From assembly GCA_965242865.1 (NCBI GenBank), contig CBDETK010000013.1, positions 544,001 through 608,000 of the forward strand: a stretch of DNA of 64,000 nucleotides, given 5' to 3'. Origin of the DNA: Candidatus Latescibacterota bacterium. GTDB lineage: Bacteria; Latescibacterota; UBA2968; UBA8231. The notes under the pieces are model-generated. The model saw only the letters and a list, made by a program, of their open reading frames with translations. It was not told the origin of the DNA and did not search any database. Positions 9,160-17,203 of this stretch are shown here, piece by piece (the stretch's first letter is position 1; each line of letters begins with the position of its first letter). The position numbers and the translations under genes were made by a program.

Positions 9160-10248
9160 CTATGGCTTCCCCCAAGAGCGGGGCAACCGACTTGTTTCGC
9201 ACGCGCTGGCGTACAGCGCGGCGTCGTGTGGTTTCAGCGGATACCGCGGCACCACCTCTCGGTTGACGATGTTCTCTGGCACCGGCCAATGGCCCCGGAG
9301 GACGGAGGCCAGATTGCAGACTCCGGTGCGCGCCACGTCTTCGCCGGATTGCACCGAATGGGCGGAGACGTGGGACGTCATCAGGACGTTGTCGAGCGCC
9401 ATGAGGGGATGCTGCAAGGTCTGGTCTTCGTCCGTGAAAACGTTGAGCCACTCGTAGGTGTCTAGCGCCGCGCCGGCCAGTGGCCCCTCCCGCAGCACCC
9501 GCACCAGCGCGTCTTCATCGACCAAGGCACCGCGGGACGTATTGATCAGGTACGAGCCCGGCTTCATCTGGCGCAGCAGGGTCTCGTCAAACAGGTGGTA
9601 CGTGTCTGCGTTCAGGGGCAACTGCAAGGAGACGAAGTCGGACTCGGCCAGCAGCGTGGCCAAATCCACCATTTCGACGTCCAAGTCGGCCGGTCGGGAC
9701 GCCTGCAAGTTTCTGCGCGTGGCCAAGACCCGGAGGCCAAAGGCTCTGGCGCGGCGGGCGACCATCTCGCCGGTGACCCCGAAGCCGACGATGCCCAGCG
9801 CACAGGTAGAAAGCCGCTGCAACTGGGTGGCTTCGGCGCGTGCTTGGCGGAAGCGGCCAGCGCGCATGAAGTGCTCCATCCGCGGCAGTTGGCGGGCGAG
9901 GGACAGCAGCATGGCCATGATGTGGTCGGTCATTTCTTCGGCGCAAAAAAAGGGGGCGTTGGCGACGACGATGCCGCGTTCCGTGGCCGTTGCCACGGCG
10001 ATCTTGTCGGTGCCGTTGCCGAGGCGTGCAATCAGGCGGCAGCGATCCAGCGATGCGACCACGGCTGAGGGCAAGCCGGTCGAGACGACGGCGACGGCGT
10101 CGCACCCTGCTAGACAGCGAATGAGGGCTTGCGGGTCTTCTTCTTCGACGTATTCAGGTTCGATGCCGAACTGGGCGTACAGCGATTGCTCCAACTCGCT
10201 GGCTGGGTACAGGGTGGCGTTGAGGCGGACGAAGCGGAAGGATGCCAT
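9160..10248 (-). CDS. D-isomer-specific 2-hydroxyacid dehydrogenase (CtBP/SerA-like)
   Basis: GIVGFGVTG Rossmann motif, SDFVSL, LINTSRGALVDE, AALD, TSHVS. Confidence 0.9.
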   Translation of the reverse strand: MASFRFVRLNATLYPASELEQSLYAQFGIEPEYVEEEDPQALIRCLAGCDAVAVVSTGLPSAVVASLDRCRLIARLGNGTDKIAVATATERGIVVANAPFFCAEEMTDHIMAMLLSLARQLPRMEHFMRAGRFRQARAEATQLQRLSTCALGIVGFGVTGEMVARRARAFGLRVLATRRNLQASRPADLDVEMVDLATLLAESDFVSLQLPLNADTYHLFDETLLRQMKPGSYLINTSRGALVDEDALVRVLREGPLAGAALDTYEWLNVFTDEDQTLQHPLMALDNVLMTSHVSAHSVQSGEDVARTGVCNLASVLRGHWPVPENIVNREVVPRYPLKPHDAALYASACETSRLPRSWGKP

Positions 10249-11112
10249 TCACCAGACCACTTCCAGCATGTCCCGCGCCCAGTACATCGGCCCGGCAAAG
10301 ACGCTTTTTACCTCGGCGATGCCCGCGGTGGCCTCTTCTTCCGGGTCGAGGGTCGGGGCCTGGTGGTTGATTACCAAGCGCTTGGCCCCGGCCTCGGCGG
10401 CCATGCGCCCGGCGTTCAGGGTGCCGGTTTCGGAGATGACGCTGGGGAAGGTTTGGATTTTCTCCTCCCGATGCACGGCCTCCATTACGAACAGGTCCGC
10501 GTCCCTCGCCAGCTCGACCACGGACTTGGTCGGGGCTGTATCGCCGCTGAAGGCGACGATGCCTTCTTCGGTCTCAAAGCGGAAGCCGTAGCAGTCGATG
10601 TAAGGCTGGGCGTGCTTGACCGCGCGTGCATAGCAGGTCCAGCCGTCTCCGGCAGCCACTTTTCCTTCGGCGTACTCGGCCGTGTGGACCGTTGGTTCCG
10701 GCCTAAAATCGCCCACGCCGCCGCGCATCTGGTAGGCGTGGATGCTCATGGGATGATGGGTGCGGGCGATCACGTCGTACCAGAAGAGGCCATCGGGACT
10801 CCAAATCCCGTCGGTGATGCGCTTAATCGGGGCCGGACCATAGACGTACAGGTCGGGCTCGGTGCCGATGCACTGGTCAAAGCGCGTCATCAGGAAGCAG
10901 AGGTAATCGGAGATGTGGTCCGAGTGCAGGTGGGTGAAGAACAGGTGGTGTACCGAAGTGCAGGGGATGCCCATGCGGTGCATCTTGTAGGTCGATGCGG
11001 GGCCGCAGTCGATCATCAGCCGCTGGCCGCAGATTTCGAGAATGAAACAGGTGCCCCAGCGGTCGCGGGTAGGGGTGGGCGTTCCGGCACCGACGATGTT
11101 GAGCTTTGGCAT
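10249..11112 (-). CDS. MBL-fold metallo-hydrolase, RNase Z/AtsA-like
   Basis: Start re-placed at MPKLNIVGAGTP; IDCG, THLHSDH, VKH, FSGDT, LVINH motifs. Confidence 0.88.
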   Translation of the reverse strand: MPKLNIVGAGTPTPTRDRWGTCFILEICGQRLMIDCGPASTYKMHRMGIPCTSVHHLFFTHLHSDHISDYLCFLMTRFDQCIGTEPDLYVYGPAPIKRITDGIWSPDGLFWYDVIARTHHPMSIHAYQMRGGVGDFRPEPTVHTAEYAEGKVAAGDGWTCYARAVKHAQPYIDCYGFRFETEEGIVAFSGDTAPTKSVVELARDADLFVMEAVHREEKIQTFPSVISETGTLNAGRMAAEAGAKRLVINHQAPTLDPEEEATAGIAEVKSVFAGPMYWARDMLEVVW

Positions 11113-11178
11113 GGGATCGTCTCCTCGGATAAGCGGGTGAAAATAAACAGGTATTATCGGCAGGGGGTCAAGGTAAGT

Positions 11179-11403
11179 GAGTACCTCCTCGCCGGTCGCG
11201 GCCAAATGTGGCGGCGGCAAAACGGCCGCGAGGAAGTCGTGGCGGTCGCGCCCAACGTCTGCCTGACCATTCCGCTGGGCACCCACTTCCAGTTCCGCGC
11301 CTTGGGCGACGAGCCGCTCGCCGCGATTGCCGTTACCATGCCGCCGTGGCCCGGAGCGGACGAAGCGTATTCGGTTGAGGGGAAGTGGTCGGAGAGATAT
11401 TGA
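11179..11403 (+). pseudogene. C-terminal half of a cupin-domain protein, N-terminus missing
   Basis: YLLAGRGQMWRR...LTIPLGTHFQFR...VTMPPWPG is cupin motif 2; no start codon or motif 1 upstream. Confidence 0.7.
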
Positions 11404-11527
11404 CGCAATCAAGCATAGCCTTATATATAGATGTATAAATGTAAGACGAGAGACTCTTCAGAGGATTAACCCTTGAAGATCAAGAACAATAACATCGGGC
11501 GGCTAATCGACCGCCGGGAATGAGCAT

Positions 11528-11968
11528 ATGTCGTTTCACAGAGTATTGGAAGGTCTTCAGGCCGTCGGAGAGCTACTGATCAAGCGGGGTTCAGCCATGG
11601 GGCCGTTGGTCCCTCCGCTCCTCTTGAGCGTGGTGTTCCTCTTTTTTGCTCATCTATTTCGGTCAACATTCGTGATTAGCGGCTTTCCGATCTTCAGTGC
11701 CGTGCTGGTTATCCTAGTGCTAGGGATCGTGATTGACTACCACCGCCGCTACGCATTTTTTGCAAAGAACGATCCCGACAGATTGCAGTCGGAGGAGTAC
11801 CGATACAAAACGGCGCAGATGCAGATGATCGCATCTGGGGAGTTACACGATTCAATTCCCGAAGAGGAACTTCCAGACGCGAAGGAAAAGCCGGACGCAC
11901 TTGAACCGTCGTCCGAAGAAGACGAACCACCAGACTCGACTGATACAGATGAGGAGAAAAGCGCATGA
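11528..11968 (+). CDS. Hypothetical two-TM membrane protein with acidic C-terminal tail
   Basis: 146-aa ORF, two hydrophobic segments, then FAKNDPDRLQSEEY and an E/D-rich tail; lower GC than flanks. Confidence 0.7.
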   Translation: MSFHRVLEGLQAVGELLIKRGSAMGPLVPPLLLSVVFLFFAHLFRSTFVISGFPIFSAVLVILVLGIVIDYHRRYAFFAKNDPDRLQSEEYRYKTAQMQMIASGELHDSIPEEELPDAKEKPDALEPSSEEDEPPDSTDTDEEKSA

Positions 11969-12321
11969 AATCCCATCTCTTTACATTCAGCCAAGCCTGC
12001 ACACAGGCGCGTGTGCATGCTGTTCTCAACAACACTGAGGGAGTTCAAACATGGATTGCGCCGTTTCCGTACTCCGCGATCCTCGTCTCCAAACTCAATG
12101 CTCAAGACCTCAGTGCCATTCTTCGCGATCGATTGCCCAACGTGTGGTTCATGGTCGCGGAAATGGACCCCCATGCCGTGAATGGCTGGCTGCCCGGAGA
12201 TCTCTGGGAGTACGTAAACGATCCGCAGAAGGCGTGGTCGCAACAATTGATCCGGACTATCGTCGATCCAAAGTATCTCCGTCGTCCTGCCGCCGATGCC
12301 GACCGAATGGCGGGGACGTAG
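11965..12321 (+). CDS. Hypothetical small protein, possibly ferredoxin/Cas2-like fold
   Basis: ATGA overlap with upstream ORF; W..PFP, WFMVAEM, NGWLPGDLWEY pattern. Confidence 0.65.
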   Translation: MKSHLFTFSQACTQARVHAVLNNTEGVQTWIAPFPYSAILVSKLNAQDLSAILRDRLPNVWFMVAEMDPHAVNGWLPGDLWEYVNDPQKAWSQQLIRTIVDPKYLRRPAADADRMAGT

Positions 12322-12342
12322 CGATATTTTTTGAAACGACCC

Positions 12343-13377
12343 ATGCGCCTAGTCGTCCTGTCGTCCAGCCATCACGGCCGCAGCATCGGCCAGACCGCCC
12401 GCGCCTTGGGGCACGATATAATCGGGGTCATGGATGGGGAAGAAACCCCGCGCCAGCAACTCGCAGAAGTGTTCCAATGCCGCGGCTTTGCCACGGCCGG
12501 CGAATGCCTCGACGCGGCACAGCCCGACGCCGCTTTAGTCGCTGGCAAGCACATTGAAATGCCGGATCACGTGCAGGCCTGCGTCGATCGGCGCGTCCCC
12601 TACCTGCTCGACAAGCCCTTTGCCGATTGCGCCGCTCGGCTCCGCCCGGTGGCCGCGGCTTCGGCTAAATGCGGAGTCTTCAGCGCCCTCACCCTGCCCA
12701 ACCGCGCCAGCCGCGTCGTCGCCACGGTGGAGCGTCTGTTAGCCGACGGCACGCTGGGCGATTTAGTCCAGTACAGCAGCCGCCTCAACAACGGCCCGCC
12801 CGCGCGCTACGACTCGACGCCCTCGGCTTGGCACAACGACCCGGCCATTTCCGGCGGCGGCAGTTGGGCCGTAGAAGCGGCCCACGGCATTGACACCTTT
12901 TTGCAATTCGTCGGCGAGCAGCCGGTACACGTGGTCGGTGCGCTCATGTCCAATGCCGCCTACGGCCGCACCGTGGAGGATATTGGCTTGGGAATGCTGC
13001 GCACCGGTGGGGGCGTGACCGGCTTGATCGAAAGCGGCTACGCCTATCCGGCCGGGGAGCGCAGCGGCGACCACTTCTTCCGCTTTATCGGCACCCGCGC
13101 CATGGTTTTCCAGCAGTATGGCAAAGAAGGCACGCCCCTCGTCGAAGTTCATACCACCGAGGGCGTACAGTTTTGTGAGGAGCTATCGCACGGCGAGCGC
13201 ATGAGGGCCATTGTCGAGCAAGCCCTGACCGCCTTGGCGGATGGACGCTCCTTCGCCCCCACTATCGACCAAGCCGTGCGCATCCTCGAAATACAGGACG
13301 CAGTGTACGACCATGCCCGCCGAAACCTGCTGACCAACGGCCCCCATCCCATGGGCATCCCGCCGACTCGACCGTAG
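12343..13377 (+). CDS. Gfo/Idh/MocA family oxidoreductase
   Basis: DAALVA, LLDKPFA (EKP-like), DPAISGGG...HGID, VEDIG. Confidence 0.88.
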   Translation: MRLVVLSSSHHGRSIGQTARALGHDIIGVMDGEETPRQQLAEVFQCRGFATAGECLDAAQPDAALVAGKHIEMPDHVQACVDRRVPYLLDKPFADCAARLRPVAAASAKCGVFSALTLPNRASRVVATVERLLADGTLGDLVQYSSRLNNGPPARYDSTPSAWHNDPAISGGGSWAVEAAHGIDTFLQFVGEQPVHVVGALMSNAAYGRTVEDIGLGMLRTGGGVTGLIESGYAYPAGERSGDHFFRFIGTRAMVFQQYGKEGTPLVEVHTTEGVQFCEELSHGERMRAIVEQALTALADGRSFAPTIDQAVRILEIQDAVYDHARRNLLTNGPHPMGIPPTRP

Positions 13378-13568
13378 CTAGCTACGGCGGCTAGAGGAAC
13401 ATCGCTGACCTGAATCTGTGAAGGCGGGTCAGAAGGTATGTCTTCTCCAATTTCCAACAGATACGCAACGAGAAGATCAACGGCATTTTCTAAATTCTCT
13501 AAAGCCTCTTTCTCGGTATATCCCCAACTCGCGGCCCCTTTGTGCTCCAACTCAATCCTATATATATC
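13378..13568 (-). pseudogene. HicB-family antitoxin remnant
   Basis: DIYRIELEHKGAASWGYTEKEALENLENAVDLLVAYLLEIGEDIP; in-frame TAA just upstream, no ATG, no normal stop, no hicA. Confidence 0.7.
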
Positions 13569-13637
13569 TTACTCTCGGTTCCTACTTACGGCCCGGCAAA
13601 GTTGCCAACGTGCGCTAAACCCAAGAAAGGCCCGCCA

Positions 13638-14506
13638 ATGAACCCCTTTTCCAGACTTCTATGCCTTTGCCTCGTCGCAGCCAGCGTTCAGGCCGAGACC
13701 CCTTCGCCGCTGCAAGCCATGCAGGAAGAGTTGACTCGCTCCGTCAGTCTGCTTGAGGAGCAGCTGGTCGCGCCCTACTTCCTCAGCTACGAAATTACCG
13801 AGACGCGGGGGATCAACGTCAGAGCCTCTTTCGGTGCGTTGACGTACAGCGACGAATCGTGCGGCCGCCAACTCGACATCGATCTGCGCGTAGGCGACTA
13901 CGCCTTCGACAATACGCATCAGGTTCGCGGCGGCCCTAGCAATTGGTCCACATCTACGAAGCCGACGCTAGCCTCTGGGCCAATATCTCGACGCGCCAAT
14001 ACGTCAACAGCGAGGGCAGCGAGATCCAGACCTCGCAGGTGCTCTACCGCCTGTTCATCTACGCCTTCACCAAAGCCGACGATGGCATGGAATTGCCGCG
14101 CTACGAATCCTTCTCCGCCTTTGCCCCAGAGGGCCTGCCCAGCGACGACGAGGTTCTCGCCTTGGTGGACCGCATGATCGACGACTTGCACGCTTTGCGC
14201 GACGCTCCAGTGGTGGCCCCCTACGCCGGTCCGGCGATTCTTTCGGGCCGCGCCAGCGGCGTCCTCTTCCACGAAATTTTCGGGCACCGCATTGAGGGCC
14301 ACCGCTAGAAGTGCGAGGACGAGGGCCAGACCTTTAAGAAGAAGATAGGGGAGAAAGTCCTGCCCGAGACCTTCTCGGTTTACTTCGACCCCACCCAGAC
14401 GAGCAGCACCGGCAAGGATTTAGTGGGAGCCTATGCATACGACAATCAGGGAGTCAAAGGACAGCGAGTGGCGGTCGTTGAGAATGGGGTTTTCCGCCGC
14501 CCCTGA
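13638..14506 (+). pseudogene. TldD-family metalloprotease pseudogene (secreted type)
   Basis: Signal peptide and PYFLSY...LRVGDYAFDN in one frame; frame switch near 13935; GPAILSGRASGVLFHEIFGHR (HExxxH); in-frame TAG 14306-14308; continues to YDNQGVKGQRVAVVENGV then truncated. Confidence 0.85.
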
Positions 14507-14523
14507 GCCATATTGGAACCATC

Positions 14524-15303
14524 ATGTACAAAAGGACCTGTATCCACGTTCTGACGGTTGCTACCGCGCTGGCGTTTTCCGCAGTCCACGCCGAAGACGG
14601 CATTTTGCAGCGCGCCTTGCTCGACGAATTGGCGCGCTCCATGCAGCAGCTCCAGCTCGAAAACCTAGAGCGGCCGTACTTTGTTTCTTACCTCGTGCGC
14701 GAAGTAAAATCCAAGAGTAGCTCGGCGACCTTCGGCAGCCTGCTCAACAGCGACGCGGGGCACGTGCGCAATCTCAGTGTCGAAGTGCGGGTCGGAGACT
14801 ACGCGCTCGATAACGCCAACTTCCGCTCGTTTTCCCGCTGCGGTTCGGGAGTGGTGTGCATGTACGGGGGTAGCATGCAGTTGCCCCTCGAGGACGACTA
14901 CGACGAATTGCGGCGCAAAATCTGGCTGGCCACCGACGGCGCGTACAAGAAGGCCCTTGAAGATCTGGCTAGGAAGCGCGCGGCCTTGCAGAACAAAACC
15001 CGCACCGAGGAAATTCCCGATTTCAGCCGGGAAGAGCCGGCTGCGGAAGTACGCGAAGAGACGCCCGCTGTCTTGGACCTCGACGCGCTGGACCAGCAAG
15101 TGCGCCAGCTTTCGGGCCTGTTCCGCACGGTTCCCTTTCGCTCGGCGGACAACTCCGCTACTTTTTTCAGAGGGCGAAGTGATGAAGTCCTAGTGAGTAT
15201 TGTCACTCCGCGCTTGGTCCTGTTTGAGGACATCACGCTCAAGCCGTCCAGCGGCGAGATCCCCAAAGTACCTGTGTCCGTCCATCCCTACTTCGACAAG
15301 TGA
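14524..15303 (+). pseudogene. TldD/PmbA-related partner protein with large in-frame internal deletion
   Basis: PYFVSY...VRVGDYALDN...IWLATDGAYKKA N-terminal domain joined directly to a C-terminal SIVTP..LFEDITL segment; only 259 aa. Confidence 0.7.
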
Positions 15304-15335
15304 ACGTTGTGTTATAGACTCTAAGGAGGAGCACC

Positions 15336-16037
15336 ATGAAGATTCTCCAGCGAAGCCTGTGCCTTGTTGCGATGCTTTTTGTTTTGAGTTGTTCGCTCAA
15401 AAAAACCACTCCCATAAACGGTTTGTCGATGCCCGAGTCGTTTGTCGTGGTCAACGATGAGAGTCCGTCTCTCGTTTTTGATATTCGGTATTATTCAGAT
15501 GATAATTTTTTAGGGACAAAAGTAAGGGGGTATAAAAGCGCGAAGTGCATTCTCACTAGGTCGGCGAGTGAAGCACTCAAAAAAGTGCAGCGCGAGATGA
15601 GCGCGGCGGGGTACACGTTGAAAATTTTTGACTGCTATCGCCCGCAAGAAGCGGTGGATCACTTTGTGGAATGGGTCCGCGATACAGACGATCAAAAGAT
15701 GAAGGCGCAGTACTATCCCAACGAAGACAAATCGCAACTCATCGAGAAGGGGTATATCGCAGACCAATCGGGCCACAGCAGGGGCAGTACGCTCGATTTG
15801 ACTCTGGTCGAGAACTCGAGTTCTACAGAGTTGGATATGGGGACGCCGTTTGATTATTTCGACACGTTGTCCAATACGGACGATCCGCGAATTTCGGATC
15901 AACAGAGACGCAATCGGCTGCTGTTAAAGGCCGCGATGGAAAACCACGGCTTTGTGAATTACGACAAAGAGTGGTGGCACTACACGCTTAAAGACGAACC
16001 GTATCCAGAAACATACTTTGATTTTCCTGTAAGGTGA
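15336..16037 (+). CDS. ddpX: D-alanyl-D-alanine dipeptidase (VanX/DdpX, peptidase M15), lipoprotein-like signal
   Basis: FDCYRP, SGHSRGSTLD, DMGTPFDYF, EWWHY; VLSC lipobox-like; AAGGAGG RBS. Confidence 0.92.
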   Translation: MKILQRSLCLVAMLFVLSCSLKKTTPINGLSMPESFVVVNDESPSLVFDIRYYSDDNFLGTKVRGYKSAKCILTRSASEALKKVQREMSAAGYTLKIFDCYRPQEAVDHFVEWVRDTDDQKMKAQYYPNEDKSQLIEKGYIADQSGHSRGSTLDLTLVENSSSTELDMGTPFDYFDTLSNTDDPRISDQQRRNRLLLKAAMENHGFVNYDKEWWHYTLKDEPYPETYFDFPVR

Positions 16038-16243
16038 CGGACGGTACGAGGTCGGCCGCCTCATGGAACCGGCCCTCCGAACGGACAACGGACGGTACGC
16101 CGCTTTTTCCTCAACGTCCCATACATGTAACCTTTTCGCTACACTCTAACGCTGCTGAGCTCCGTCCGCCCCTCTGAGCCGCCGCCGTGGCACGATTTTT
16201 GCCAGTTGTGGATACCACCTCACCCGCAACCAAGGCAGAACCC

Positions 16244-17167
16244 ATGGCCGAATTCGACACCATCGCCAAGCATCTCATCCACACCTACCCAACGGACTTC
16301 GCCCGATTCGCCCTCCAACAAGACGACATCCAAGTCCGCGGCGTCGTCGAGACCGAGCAAACCACTGTCGAAACCCATCGCACCGACAGCCTCATTCGCG
16401 TCCACGTCGATGGCGTCGAGGCGTTGGTCCATCACGAGTTTCAAACCACCGATAGCAAACCGCCCATGCCCCTCCGCATGGTCGGCTATATCGGACGCGG
16501 CATCGAGCAGCATAAGTGCCCGATCTACTCCAACGTCATCTACTTGCGGCCGGACGCCGGTCGGAGCGATCCGGGGTATTATCTCCAAGAGCAGCACGGC
16601 TACCGGGTGTTGGTGCAATACAAGGTGAGTCGGCTGATTGAGCTCGATGGCCAGCGCATACTTGAGGAGGGGCCTTCGGGCTTGCTGCCGTTTGCGCCGT
16701 TGATGCAGCCGCCCGCGGGGATAGATGCCGAGGGGTGGTTGCGCCAGTGTGTGAACCGGGCACAACAGGTGCCGCTGGCCGAATCCCGCCAGGCCAATTA
16801 CTTGGCCAATCTTGCGGTATTGAGCGGGTTGGTGTATAACTTAGACACGATTACGACCATCATCGCGGAGGAGACCATGTACGAGTCGTCGGTAGTGCAG
16901 TATTTCACGGAAAAGGGCATTAAGCAGGGCATTAAGCAGGGCATTAAGCAGGGCATTGAACAGGGCATCGAGCGAGGCGGCCGAGAACGCGCCCTTGAAG
17001 CTCTGCTCGAGGTGCTAGCGATTCGCTTTGAACTGGCTGCGTCGGATCCGTTGGCTGTCCGCATTGGGGCCATTGACGATGTGCAGTACCTCAAGCAGTT
17101 GCATCGGGCGGCCATACAGGTCCCCAGCCTTGAAGCCTTTAGAGACCTGTTAGACGAAGCCGAGTAG
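16244..17167 (+). CDS. Rpn family recombination-promoting nuclease/putative transposase (PD-(D/E)XK), long form
   Basis: MAEFDTIAK, RTDSL...HHEFQT, MPLRMVGY, LLPFAPLM, C-terminal GIKQ repeats and a LKQLHRAA tail. Confidence 0.88.
   Translation: MAEFDTIAKHLIHTYPTDFARFALQQDDIQVRGVVETEQTTVETHRTDSLIRVHVDGVEALVHHEFQTTDSKPPMPLRMVGYIGRGIEQHKCPIYSNVIYLRPDAGRSDPGYYLQEQHGYRVLVQYKVSRLIELDGQRILEEGPSGLLPFAPLMQPPAGIDAEGWLRQCVNRAQQVPLAESRQANYLANLAVLSGLVYNLDTITTIIAEETMYESSVVQYFTEKGIKQGIKQGIKQGIEQGIERGGRERALEALLEVLAIRFELAASDPLAVRIGAIDDVQYLKQLHRAAIQVPSLEAFRDLLDEAE
16877..17167 (+). CDS. Putative intragenic small Rpn protein (RpnS-like, 96 aa), in frame with Rpn
   Basis: GGAGG at 16867-16871, 5 nt before in-frame ATG 16877 (MYESSVVQY...). 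Confidence 0.6.
   Translation: MYESSVVQYFTEKGIKQGIKQGIKQGIEQGIERGGRERALEALLEVLAIRFELAASDPLAVRIGAIDDVQYLKQLHRAAIQVPSLEAFRDLLDEAE
16916..16975 (+). repeat. 12-bp coding tandem repeat GGCATTAAGCAG x3 plus 2 degenerate copies (GIKQ/GIEQ/GIER)
   Basis: Read directly from the sequence. Confidence 0.95.
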
Positions 17168-17203
17168 GGCACCGCGTAATTTCGGTTATATGAGCGTATT
17201 GTT

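Noticed and set aside
14306-14308. In-frame TAG in tldD as possible pyrrolysine or readthrough recoding
   Set aside because: The same gene also has a frameshift and a truncation, no pyl genes are present, and TAG is used as a normal stop elsewhere in the window
15336-16037. Vancomycin resistance locus
   Set aside because: Only a VanX-like peptidase; no ligase, dehydrogenase or VanRS adjacent
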